Part shown: one piece after another, positions 38,101-50,766 of the stretch
How the letters are laid out: the number at the start of each line of letters is the position of its first letter
How positions within the stretch are numbered: the stretch's first letter is position 1
NCBI GenBank assembly: GCA_030265395.1
Contig: JARFYF010000029.1
Span: forward strand, 12,722,052-12,785,591
Length of the DNA stretch: 63,540 nt
Direction: 5' to 3'
DNA from: Rhina ancylostomus
Lineage: Eukaryota
The notes under the pieces: generated by a model
What the model saw: the letters and a program-made list of their open reading frames with translations, nothing else
Database searches by the model: none
Told to the model about the DNA's origin: nothing
Position numbers and translations under genes: made by a program

Positions 38101-38701
38101 TAATCATTTATCCATTTACTCAGTCGATTGCTTCTGGTAACTTTTTCCCTCATGCTCCAGAATTGCTCCGTGGGTCAGAGCCATGTCATCCCTGTTCTCA
38201 GTACACAAAATTAATACATTTATTTTTTTGAAAAGACAAGTGTGAAGCTCCAAAGGCTTAGATGTGAAACCCTTGAACTCTTAATGAACTGTCAATTCTA
38301 GTGCCACCATTTTAGAATTAGGCTTTAACAAAGCAATCTGCTGTGAATTTTTCTCTCTCCATTTAAGTGGCACCCTTGCAGAACACTCATAAAATTTTGT
38401 TGAATTTATGGGCTCGGCTTAGAATAACCATACACGCAGCAATGACATCAATTGTACTTGCTCGTCTCAAAATTGTTTCAGTTCTGATTTGAACTCCAGC
38501 AGTTTTGCAGGTTTGCATTCCAAGTATAATTAGGCTGCCATATTTTCCTTATGATTCCCAATCGAAATATGCTTCTTCTGCAGTTGTGTTTATTTAAAAT
38601 CCTTATTTACATATGTCCATGGAATGAATAATTGTCTTTGTATCTTAAACATCTGTTTACAAAGCTGCAATGTAATTAATTTCATGTATGTTTTTTCAAA
38701 G

Positions 38702-38843
38702 CTCATTTATGCAATGGGAAATATCACAAACATTTGCAAGAATTATTTGTTCCTTTGGTGGTTCGTTACATTGACCTGATGGAGTCAGCGATTGCTCAAT
38801 CCATTCATAAAAGCTTCGAACATGAAACATGGCAACCTGTGAA
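38702..38843 (+). CDS. CADPS2: CADPS2 coding exon, MHD1 region ([47 protein letters not shown])
   Basis: ttttttcaaAG|ct ... gaa|GTaagt; 142 nt, phase 1 to 2. Not in the ORF track; translated by hand. Confidence 0.95.
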
Positions 38844-41309
38844 GTAAGTCCCCAGGGGGTGCTTCTAGTCAACAGTTTTCCTTCTTTTAATGATGCCTGT
38901 ATGCTGGTTCAGAGCTAGATTTAAGCTTATAAGAGATCATATGCTGTGCCATGTTAAAAGGTAGATCTGTATAAATAGACTCTGTGCATCAGTTCACTGT
39001 CCATTACGAGTTTGCAAGTTGGATAAGTGCATTATGTTGGGATTTTTGTCAGAGGAATCCCAAATGATCCACTGAAGAGTTTTGACACACTAAAAGAACA
39101 CAGAAGATGACTGGAATTGCAATCATTAGTTAAGTGTATCCTTTCATGTTTTGCTTCTCTTCATCAGTATTAAGACATAAAAGGTAACAAAGCCAGAATA
39201 TAGAATTGCTAACATTTTCTTGCACAATGTTTGAAGTACCATTTCAAAGAGTGTTTAGAGAAATTTCATAATTTTTGAATATTGCTTCATTGTGTATTAA
39301 TTATAAAATATCAAAGTACTTTCCAATAACATTGCCACAGGTTAATGTTGTCCCATCCTCATGTATTACTTGTAAAACAAAATCATTTAGTGAAGCAATG
39401 CACACAGTAAGGCAGCTGTGAACTTCATTTTGATAATCTAAGTTAGAGAGAGAAAGTGGCTGTCAGAATTTTTTTGTAGACTATGCTGTCTTTTTAGCTT
39501 TAAGATTGATAATTTCCCTGGTACTGTTTCATTCCTTGTATACTATATGAAATGCAAACAGATTATAACATGAATAAAAAGTGATTTTAGATGCTGATTA
39601 CTAGTCAACATTATAACTAATAGCACATGGGTCAATGCCATATACTGAAATGACAGAAGGCAAATATATTATCTGCATATGTTGCTGTATTTTCCTGGAT
39701 ATATTTTAGAATTATTGTTGCTTTGANNNNNNNNNNATATTGCATTGTGTGGTACTTAATATTTTCATTTAAAATAAATTGAAATCTACGTGAAAGTGAC
39801 AGAGAATGAAATTCAATAGGAATCTTGTAACAAACAGATTCAATTTCAAAACCTGGAAGGAATCTACTGAGCTCAATTTTCCAAATATATTTGTCATAAC
39901 TTACTACCACAGGATAAAATGGAAATATTTAATAAATTCTGACCATTTGCTAAAAATCTGTGAGTTCATTTTGAAAACTCCCAATCTGGATTGATAATTT
40001 AATCACTGAAAAGATGCCGTATTGACCAAAATGCCAATTTTAGGATGATATTTAAATATTGCTTGTATCTCTTAAAGTGGTTGCCACTCATTTCATGGTA
40101 CTGTTCAGAAGAGAAAAGAATTAAATCTTTATCAAACAGCCCCAAAGCAAGTTAACTGGTAGTCCATTTTATATTTGAGGGATCTTTTGTGCAAACAAGT
40201 AGCCAAATTGACAGCACAACAAGGATTATACTTCGAAAATATTTCATTCAATGTTTAAAATTTCGGCATGTCTTGTGTTATTTTCTCAATGAATGCAATG
40301 CATGGAACATTTATTTACTGTCTTACGAAGGGCCGGATTGTTCTGCACCCAGTCCACAGCCTTGGCTCATGGCTCAAGATTCCCCACTTGTCCGTCGGCG
40401 TGCAGTAAGGTGAAATGGGTTCCCTAGGCTGTGCAATCTGAGGCCCCTGTCCTAGAACATCCGACAGACTTTGACATTGGAGAGCTGTCAGTTAAAGCTA
40501 TTGTAACAGTTTTTCAATGCCTCTGACTGTCGGAGTTGTTTAAAAACTATTCAGATACACTTAAACAATTTTAAAAATATACTTGTACTCAAAATTCAAT
40601 ATAATTAAAACACTCATGAGTAATTAAAAATATTAAATTAAATAAAGCATTTATCTGCCCTTTTTCAATTCTTGCTAACCCCATTCAAATGAATGGAGTT
40701 ACCATTCATGTACCAGGCCCATGTGGCACAAAACATAGTTTAAATTTAAATAATCAGAATAAATCTGAAGCTTTTAACAATTAAACTGATCTCCATGAAA
40801 TCAGCAGATTGTTGTAAAAGTCCATCTGGTTCACTAATGCCCTCCTGCAAAGGCAATTTGGCACTCTTACCTGGTGTGGCCTATACATGACTCCAAAGTC
40901 ACCGTTATGGTTGACTCCTAAGTTCAGGAGTAATTAGGGATAGACAATAACTGCTGATCTTATGGCAACCTCCACTCTCCTTAAATGAATTAGAAAAAAT
41001 GTATGTAACAGAACGGATCATCGGCACCTACTCTGAATTAATTTAAAAGTGTACACTTCCTGACAACACTTCTGTCAGCCTTAACTTTCATCATCTTTAA
41101 TTTTTCTTTATTATCCTCCTGTGGGTTGAGGACATCACTGACAAGGTCATCCCTATTTTGCCTTGAACCACTTTCATTCAATATGCTTTAATATTATTGT
41201 TTTTGATACAAGCCAAGCCATTTCAGAGGGTAGTTAGGAGTCACACACTCACGCACACACACACAACCTCTGACATTCATCAAGATCAAGGCTCTTCTTT
41301 TACCTCTTT

Positions 41310-41665
41310 TCCATTTTCCCTCCTATCCCCATTTCCCTATTGTCCAGAAATGTGTCAGCCTCAGTTTTCAATAAATTCAGTGACTGAGCCTCCAGAGAAT
41401 TCCAAAGATTCACCACCTCTGTGTGCAGAGATTTCTTTTCATCTCAGTTCCATGTGGCTTCCACCTTATTCCAAAACTGTGTCCCCTGGTTCTACACTCC
41501 TCAGCCAGGGATGCATCCTCCTTGCATCCAGCCTGTCAAGCTCTGTGACATTTTTAGTGAACTTAATAAGCTTTAGTGAGATCACCTCTCATTATTCTAA
41601 ATACTGGACAATGCAGGCCTACTCTTCTCAATCTCTCCTCATACAGTAAATCCACCATCCCAGGA
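41310..41665 (-). mobile_element. Old CR1 fragment
   Basis: gaattccaaagattcaccacctctgtg...gagatcacctctcattattctaaa...caatctctcctcata, the reverse complement of CR1 3' ORF2. Confidence 0.7.
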
Positions 41666-41670
41666 ACTAG

Positions 41671-42180
41671 TCAGAATCAGAATCACAAGATCACAAGATA
41701 AGGAAGCAGAAGTAGGCCGTTCGGCCCATCGAGCCTGCTCCATGGAAACGGAAATGAGAAAGGGGGGGAGAAGAGAGAGAAGAAAAGAAATTTTTTTAAC
41801 CCCAATTTCCTGCCTTATCCCCATAACCCTTGATACCTTGACTAACTAGATATCTGTCTATCTCGTCTTTAAATGTCCCCAGTGATCTGGCCTCCACTGC
41901 TGTACGTGGCAAGGAATTCCATAAACTCACTACCCTCTGGCTGAAAAAATTTCTCCTCATCTCTGNNNNNNNNNNNNNNNNNNNNNNNNNNNNNNNNNNN
42001 NNNNNNNNNNNNNNNNNNNNNNNNNNNNNNNNNNNNNNNNNNNNNNNNNNNNNNNNNNNNNNNNNATCTTCTAAACTATCTAGGTCACCCTGCAACCTTC
42101 TCGTCTCCTCAATGTTCTCTACTCCTCCACCTATCTTGGTGTTGTCTGCAAACTTAGCCACAAAACCATTTATTCCATCA
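41671..42180 (-). mobile_element. Young CR1 LINE with an internal gap
   Basis: ORF 41796-42161: KFADNTKIGG..RLQGDLD and RRNFFSQRVVSLWNSLP; short-repeat tail (tcttgtga)n. Confidence 0.9.
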
Positions 42181-42199
42181 TTTATTCCATAAACATTCC

Positions 42200-42517
42200 A
42201 GGTTTATTTTCATTGACATATGTCATGAAATATGTTGTTTTGCAGCAGCAATACAGTGCGAAGACATAAAATTACAATAAATTACAAAATAAATAAATAG
42301 TGCAAGAAAGGAACAATGAATTAGTATTCATGGGTTCATGGACTATTCAGAAATCTGATGGCAGAGAGGAAAAAGCTGTTCCTAAATTGATGAGTGTGGG
42401 TCTTCAGGCTCCTGTATCTCCTCTCCAGTGGTGAAGGGCATGTCCCGGGTGGTGAGGGTCCTTAATGATGGATGCCGCCTTCTTGAGGCAGCACCTCTTG
42501 AAGATGTCCTCGATGTA
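42200..42517 (-). mobile_element. Rex1/Babar LINE 3' fragment
   Basis: Collinear with 55910-56210 (tttattttcattgacatatg..gttttgcagcagc...ttcttgaggcagcacctcttgaagatgtcctc). Confidence 0.8.
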
Positions 42518-43031
42518 AGGGGATCAAAACTCACCATGGTCCTAATTATTGTATTATTTCACTTATTAGACAGAAATTGACCACGACTAGTAAATTTTCT
42601 TTCCTGAGGGACATTAGTAAACACAACGGACTTTCAATAATTTTGTAGATCATGGTCATCATTGTTGTGGCTAGCAATTTATACAGTTTCTAGATCACTA
42701 ATTGTCAGCTTTATTGTAGGATTTGATCTCCTTTATCCACATCGTTCATCTTGACTTTTAGGTACTACTGTAGTAATTTAACCATTATGACAAGGGCTTT
42801 CCCCTGTCCTATATGGTTGTGTCTTCTGATAATTTACTTATCTTTTTAAGATAATCTAATTGACATGTAAATTAGAAAGATCAAATATTGTGAGTCACTT
42901 TATCATGAAAAGGCAACTGGTTGCTTGAGCTGGGGAGCAGGCATCCCCTCTATTGTACTGAGTAAACGTCATTTTCACTAAATTCTTTCAGTTTGATTTC
43001 TCTGATGTTGTCCTGGTTCTTTCTCCCACAG

Positions 43032-43151
43032 GAATCTCACCAATAACCTTGTTAGCGTGAGCCTACCAAAGGTCCCAAGTCTGCCTCTTAATCTTCCACA
43101 AATGCCTAGTTTTTCTCCATCATCTTGGATGGCTTCTTTATACGATTCCAC
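43032..43151 (+). CDS. CADPS2: CADPS2 120-nt cassette exon ([41 protein letters not shown])
   Basis: ttctcccacAG|g ... ac|GTgtgt; symmetric phase 2 to 2; [13 protein letters not shown] matches the Pro-rich alternative insert of CAPS2. Confidence 0.93.
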
Positions 43152-44639
43152 GTGTGTATACTATAGAACTGGGTAGCCCCTTGCTTGTGAAGTTTGCATG
43201 TTGTGTACATTTGCTGTTGTGTCTAATGTGCATGTTTGGTTGCAGGCATGATGCAAGCTGTTATGTTTTAGATAGTACTTGGGTCTCTAGTTCCTGTGTA
43301 CTTGTATGTAAATAGAGGCATACTTGTTTATTGAGGATTCTGTGCATGCAAAAGCTAGTGAGAATAGAAGCAAAGGGAATGCAACTGTTCATCATTTTAT
43401 ACTGAATTGAAATACTTCACTATCCAGTTATTGATTTTGCTGTGTAAAGCACACACTGAAGGACAAAACTGACTTTCACTTTACAGACATTTACTTGACA
43501 TATCCACCCTACATGTCATAGTGAATAGACATCTTAGACTAGTTTCATCTTGGCTGAGAGGCTCCAGTTCTGTTTCATCGATGGCACTTTGTTGAGCAAA
43601 AAGTAAAAGGCCTCTGTGACATTTCAATCGATTTTCAGTGTGTTACCAATAAGGAGCTTCATTACTTTTTTAACTGGAATACGCAAAAAAATTTGGTCTT
43701 TGATGATGTATGCGAAGCTCAAAGCACCCTCAGCATTAGACCTCATTAATATTTTCTCAGTAAACTGCAGCTGCCAAACAGGGACACGGAAGCAGCTTAT
43801 TGGTTTGCTGGGATAAAGAATCAGCCAGCATTGAAGACCTACTGTGGGAAAAGGATATGGGGTGTGCAAGAGGGTGAGAACAAGCTAGAATACTTTTTTT
43901 TGCAGAATACAGAGGAGAAATTCCTGCTCTTCCTGGCCCCATTAATTTCATTACTTTNNNNNNNNNNNNNNNNNNNNNNNNNNNNNNNNNNNNNNNNNNN
44001 NNNNNNNNNNNNNNNNNNNNNNNNNNNNNNNNNNNNNNNNNNNNNNNNNNNNNNNNNTTCCTGGCCCCATTAATTTCATTACTTTCAAAGCAAATAAAAT
44101 GCTGAACCATCCAGGTCTCTCAATGCTTTGAGAAATGAGGGAGTTGCAGGAGGCACAGGAATAAATTTTCCTATTCTCTCACCCTCCCTCTTGAGTTGAT
44201 TCTGGTAGCCACTGATTTTACAGTGGAGTATATTTTATGTCAAATGTTTTTAGTGGATGTTCTAATCATGATCACAGTTGTCAGTTTTATAAAAAGGAGA
44301 GAACAGAAGAAAGAACACAATAGCTGATCTTACTTTGATACACAGTAACTCCAGAGCAGATTTAAATCATGCTCTTTCCTGTCCCAATTCAGGAAGCTGT
44401 GTCAGGCATCAAAGAGTTTCAGGTAATCAAGAGATCATCTGAATGATTGGCAGCAAAACACTGTGTTAGATCAATAGTTAGGGATTTCAATCCAAGTCTA
44501 ATTTATATCAAAAGTTAGTGCATCAGATGTCACTGTTTTCCAGCTCTGCAGGGTTCACAAGTTTAACTCATTAATTGATTTTACTGGTTCATAAACTTAC
44601 TCGGTTTATAAGCCATATTGTATGAAACAACATAAGAAA

Positions 44640-45700
44640 CATGATCTTTATTCCTCTGAGTCAGCTCTGCCATTTATTAAGATCATATCCGATCTTCTAC
44701 CTCAGCACCATTTTCCTCCAGCACCACATTCCCCGATTCCCTTAATTTACAAAAATCTATCAATCAGTCTTTTGAATGAACACAATGACTGAGCCCTCAC
44801 GATCCTCTGGGGTTGAAAATTCCAAAGATTCACCACTCTGAGTGAAGAAACTTATCCTTACCTCAGTCCTGAACAGCCTGCCCCACATTGTGAAACTGTG
44901 TCCCAGGCCCTAGATTCCTCAGCCAGAGGAAACATCCTCCATCTAGCTTGCCAATCCCTTTAGGAATTTTGTATGTTTAATGAGACCTCTCCTCATATGG
45001 CAGACCCACCATCCTTGAAATCAGTCTAATGAATATTTGCTGCACTATTTCTATGGCAAGTTCTTGGGTCAAATGACCAAAGCTGAACAAAATGCACCAG
45101 GTGTCTCAACAAGCCACCACACAATTGCAATAAGACTTCCTTACTTCTGTATTCAAATCCTGTCATAATAAAGTTTAACATACCATTTGCTCTCCTTGCT
45201 TGCTAAAGCTGCATGTTGGCCTTCAACAGCTTGTGTACAAGCACACGTAGGTTCCTTTGAATACTGGCATTATCCAATCTCTCAGCATTTAACAAATACT
45301 CAACTCTTCTGTTATGCACACCAAAGTGGATAACATCTCATTTATCCACATTGTGTTCATCTGCCATGTTCTTGCCCAGTTAATCAGGTTATCCAGAAGC
45401 CTCTACATCATCGCAATCCAGTTTAGTGCTGTCAGCAAACCTGGAAATGTGACATTGGGTCATCTCAGCCAAATCATTGATCTAGATTGTGAAAAGCTGA
45501 GACCAAGCACCAATCCCACTGCCAAAATGAGAACAATCTATTTATTCTCACTCTTCCCTTCCTGTCTGATGATCAATTTGCATTCCATGTCAGTAAAATT
45601 CTCTGTGCTCTAACCTTGATGACCAACCTTGTGTGCAGGAGCATATTGAATAACTTCTGAAAATGCAATACATCCCACCTGCAATACCCTACTTTTTAAC
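44640..45700 (-). mobile_element. Old CR1 LINE remnant
   Basis: Reverse-complement CR1 3' motifs (ttccaaagattcaccactctgagtgaagaaa), plus an RT-region trace gtcagcaaac (FAD). Confidence 0.7.
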
Positions 45701-48519
45701 AGCACCAAGGTGAGCACAATCCATTTATTCGACTCTTTTCTTTCTATCTGATATCCAATTCCCAATCTATGTCATTTTATTGCCTCCAATTCCAACTTAA
45801 CCTACTGTATTCGAAGAACACATGAGGGGACATCCTGGAACCAGTGGCTGAAACATGATGGCAGGAGTTGCCATTTAACCCTGTGTCTGCTGCCAATTAC
45901 TTGGATATCATCTAAGATTGCTCTTCAGACTATAGAAAGGGAGAGGTCACCTGAGACAATTGAGTTGAGAAAATAATTCAAACAAAAACCACAAACAGTG
46001 ATAACTGAAAATTTTAAAGATTACTAATGATGAAATGTGAATCAGGAATATGGAAAGAAAGTGAAGGGGAAAGTGAATCAGGCACTGTAGTCTATAAAAG
46101 GAAAAAGAATACCGAAAATGTATCTAGATAGATGAACTGCACAGGGAGTTGCATTTGGTAAGTGATGTTACTGTTTTACACACTGCATATCTGATGCACA
46201 GAAACATGTTAATTTTGCTAATGGCCAATTAAAAGTGCCAACTACGTGTATCTACATTGAAACACTCTTCAAGAAATGGTCCATTCAGGATGTTTTATGA
46301 AGTTGTTCGCAGTGATGCATAAAAGGGTAAAAATGGCAAGTCTGCCCTCTTTAGACTGATCTAAATATGCAATCCTGACTTTGCATGTTGCTCCCTGTTC
46401 AGACACAAGCCTCAACCAGCCTGACAAACACATTTCTCCTAACCATTGCTTTCCAACAGTTTTGAAAACAAATACTTTTTTTTTGTCACATTTTAATTTT
46501 TAGTTGAATAAAATTGAGCCAAAGGCTTTCAACTCATTTGGCTGGTGATCAACATTTACTTTGAAAATATTGTGTTAGAATGGTACAAATATTTTTGTTG
46601 CAGTAAAGAGAACAGAGTAGAATGAAAAGATCAGTAATTTCATGGTATTTGAAAAGGAGAATTTAATCTGTGAGCTGGAAGAATTATTATTTTGGCTTGA
46701 TGCCTTTCTGTACAGATGTTTGATATAATTGCAAGGAGGAATTTAGTTGTTGCAAACACTTCCTGTACAGTTGATAACTAATCAAAACTGTGGATTGCTT
46801 GCAATTAGAAGATGCTATCTCTCACAGCCAGCAGCATGCATAATGCAATAGTTTAAAACAACTTGACGGCCCGTTCACTGGTTTGTTGGCTTGAGTTCTG
46901 TAGACCAGACTCCGAACCTAACAACATTAAAGAAGGTCCAAAAGCAAAATGCTACAGATGCTGGAAACATTAAAGGGGTGATTCTTAATTAATTCAAAAA
47001 AATCATGATGTTAAAGTAACCAGATCCAAATGTTTTAATGAGAGGTAGGGTTAACTTATGAAAGTTCACTTGGTATCTATATTGTAGAGGCTGCCAATCA
47101 CCTGCTGTCACATGATATCTGTAGTGTCTGCCAGGTAGAACTATCAAGTATCCTTCTTTCACCATGAAGAACATGACTCTGAATGTGTGTGCATATGTTT
47201 GGTATGTGTCTTTTGTCTTCTTTGCACGCTGTCTTTGCTAGGAAATTGATTGCTTCATATTTCCTTACACAAATCTGGATCTGTGTGGTTAGCATTTGTA
47301 TTATGCTGATCCCTTTCTGAATAGGTTTCAGTTCATTTTAAGAGATTTAGGTTTCCATTGTTTTCACAATGAGCATTGGTTTATAAGCCTACTAAAGTTA
47401 GGCAAACTCTTAATATTTTGTCAACACAAAGATTGAACGCTAACATGAGNNNNNNAGAGCTAATTAAATATGAGGTTAAAAACTCAATGCTCTAATTAGT
47501 TCACAATTCCCTGTTCCAGAATAGAACCCATGTGTGTTCTTCGCCTGTAGCCATTTCCCACGTGTAGGTAGTTTGGCTCAGATTTTTAAAATGTTACAGA
47601 GGGCTGCATTTAAAATTTTACATTTATAGAATGTAAGACTTTACCAACACAATATTCATTTGCTTGCCAATTTTGCTGTTCTGTTTCTCATTTGTATTGG
47701 GATTAGTGAATTCATAACCAAAAGCACTTTGATAAAATGGTCTTTAAAATGAGGTGATCATCATTTGGAAACCATTAGCACCAAAGTTTCTGATCAGTAG
47801 ATTTAACACAGCTTGCCTGCCTGGGAACATGGAGCTGTTTTAATTTTCAAGACGGATGCCCATTAAAATAATCTGCAATTTTAAATCAAAATGAATGATT
47901 GTTATGCTCAATGTGTGACAATTCATATTATGTAAAACTAATTGCGATAAAAGATTGTGATGCGCCCCAGTCGACCAATGTTCACCATCTAATGTGAAAG
48001 CAATGCACTCAGCGTCACTCCACATTGCAGATTTAAACAAAATAATCTGGAAATCACCATGAACAACATAATCGTCTGAGCATTTAATGTAGAGATATCA
48101 AATTCCTTGGTCTATTATTTGGACATATGCATTGAAAATAAATGGTCTAATGCTTCTATTAAAATAATGGAAACAGGAACTTGATATGAGTGCATCAAGT
48201 GGTTATATGAAAACATTGCCTGGGGTAATTTACACTCAAAAGAATATCAAAATCAAGCTGAAGTGATTTTTTTTGACTCACTGCTGTAGGGGTTGCAGAA
48301 AGCTCGCCAATTTCTGCATTATGGTAAACTGTTTTTACAGTCTATCCAAATGCCCTTCCTGTGATACATATACTGCAAAAGTATCACCGTCTCAATAATG
48401 TATCTGTGGAGGGTGGGAGAAAGAAATATACAGAATGGTAATGATCTTCCCATATTTACATAAGTCTAGTTCTGATAAAAGTTACAGTGAAGATTTTTAA
48501 ACTTTCAAGACAATCCAAC

Positions 48520-48610
48520 CCCAAATGTTGACTGTCCATTTCCCTCCACAGATGCTGCCTGACCTGCTGAGTTCCTCCAGCATATTTGGTTATTTGCTTC
48601 ATATTTCGAG
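48520..48610 (+). mobile_element. Penelope-like terminal-repeat fragment
   Basis: aaatgttgactgtccatttccctccacagatgctgcctgacctgctgagttcctccagca, matching 12968-13030. Confidence 0.75.
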
Positions 48611-49684
48611 TATATTTTGTATTAATAATGAATCATTCCTAAACTGTGTTACTGCCGTCACTTTCATTTGCAGTCAATCAGTTTCAGTCACAAGGTGACC
48701 ATTTGTTCACACTGAAGATAAAGTTTTCACCAGTACAGTGTACAAGCCATTTTAGGGCAGAAGTCAGCCATTCAGCTCATCTTCCTCATTTAGACCATGG
48801 CCAATCTCTATCTTCACACTGTATATCCACTTTGAGCACTTAGTTTTACATTTCCAAGCTAATGTATTCTTATACATTAATTTCCATTCAAACATTTGAA
48901 GAAAAATGTATCTGGAAAATTACCAAAATAATCTGTTTACAGAAGTAGGACATAATTACTCCCCTCCAAGATCATTAAAAATACTTTTTTTTCCCCAACA
49001 ATAGGCACCACTTTCTCACCTTCACCACTGACCCTCTACAAACACCTGGCAATAAGTCACAAAGTTCTCTGTATCTTCTCAATGAATCTTGGAGGTCAGA
49101 TTCGCATTGCATTGATCAGTGAAAATCATTTGAAAATAGAACAAAAAGTGTCTCTCAAACTCGATTCAACTTTTCAATTGACCTATCCACAGCAGATTTT
49201 TGGGAAGACTTTCTGGTTTCCACTCACCTTTGTGCAGCAGTGTTCCTGACAGCAGCATTAATGGCCTTGCTCTGATTTTAAGGTTAAGCATCCTTGTTCT
49301 GGACTCTCCCACCACAGTAAATAGTTCTATCTACCCTATTTACAGCAATGCAGAAATTTTCCTAATACTAAAGGCTCAGGTAAGATAGAAATTGCCTTAG
49401 CTCATTTCTAATTTTCTTGAAGCATTCATCACAAGAAATATCAAAAGGTCACATAGGTTTGCGTTGTTGTGTTTTCCATAACCATTGCCAAAGAGTATCA
49501 ATAGGAAGCTTTAGTGAAGAGGATGAACAAAAATCCAATTCAGTGGAGAGCAGGGAATCTTGACTGCACTTTTGCATCATTGAAATGGGAGCTGTGGAGT
49601 GAATGAACCAGGAATGAAGCAGGTACATACAAGTCTGCTTTTAATCATACAAGATACATTCAGCTAATATAAATAGGGCAAAAA

Positions 49685-50010
49685 CACAAGAAAATAAGAG
49701 CAAGAGCAGGCCACCAGACCACTCAAGCCTGTCCTGCCATTGAATATGATCATGATTGATCTATACTGGCCTCAACTCTTCCTCTTCTGTGCCAGTTCCC
49801 CATAGCCCTCAGTTCCTCGATCCTTCAAATGTTTATCTATCTCCACCTGAAATATATCGAGTAATCTAGCCTCCACAGCCTTCGGAGGCAGAGAATTCCA
49901 GAGACTAATTACCTTCTCTGAGAGAAGAAATTTCTCTGCACCTCAGTTTTAAATGACTAGCTCCTTATTTTGTTGCTATGTCCCTTGTTCATGGCTCTCC
50001 CACTAGTGAA
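49685..50010 (-). mobile_element. CR1 3' end
   Basis: cacaagaaaataagagcaagagcaggcc..agaattccagaga..gaagaaatttctctgcacctcagttttaaatg; reverse-complement homologue of 53220-53490. Confidence 0.75.
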
Positions 50011-50544
50011 AATTTAAGATGCTTAAGAAAACTTCTGTCGATGACAAAATACACAGTCACTCAAGAAGAGCGCAGTCCTCCATCAGGGCAAAAGTCCTTC
50101 CACCTTTTTAGCAAGTCATGTACAGAGGAATCAGCTAGAAAGGGGTTTGCATGAATTGCTCTTGCTATCTCTGTTTTCCTCATGATGTGTTTGGCCTTCG
50201 TTAATAATAACTTCAGATGGTGTAGCATTCTGGTTTCATGTTCTATTCTCAAATGATTTTCACTGATTGATCCAGTGCCAATCTGACCCATAGGATCTGT
50301 TGAGAAGACGCAGAGAGCTTTGTAATTTATTGCCAGGTGTTTGTAGAGGGTGAGTGCTGAAGGCGAGAGTGTTGGGACCTATTGTTGAGTGTTTTTAATT
50401 ATCTTAGAGGAGAGTAATTATATCATACTTCTATAAACAAATTATTTTGTCAATTTCCTAAATATGTTTTTTCTTCAAATGTTTAAATGAAATGCTTTTT
50501 ATTGCAGAAATATAAAATATCAGATGATATGTACTTAAGATATG

Positions 50545-50766
50545 TATTATTTATTAGTCATATGTACATCAAAACACACAGTGAAATGCATCTTTTTGCA
50601 TTACTGAGAATATCCTGGGGGCAGCCCGCAAGTGTCGCCGCTCTTCTGGCACCAACATAGCATGTCCACAGCTCCTAATCCGTATATCTTTGGAATGTGG
50701 GACGAAGTCAGAGCACCCGGAGGAAACCCACACAGACACAAGGGGAGAACGTACAAACTCCTTACT
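50545..50766 (-). mobile_element. 5'-truncated V-SINE with a non-CR1 (Rex1-like) tail
   Basis: V-domain like 25990-26070, but the 3' part reads ...cactgtgtgttttgatgtacatatgactAATAAA. Confidence 0.75.
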
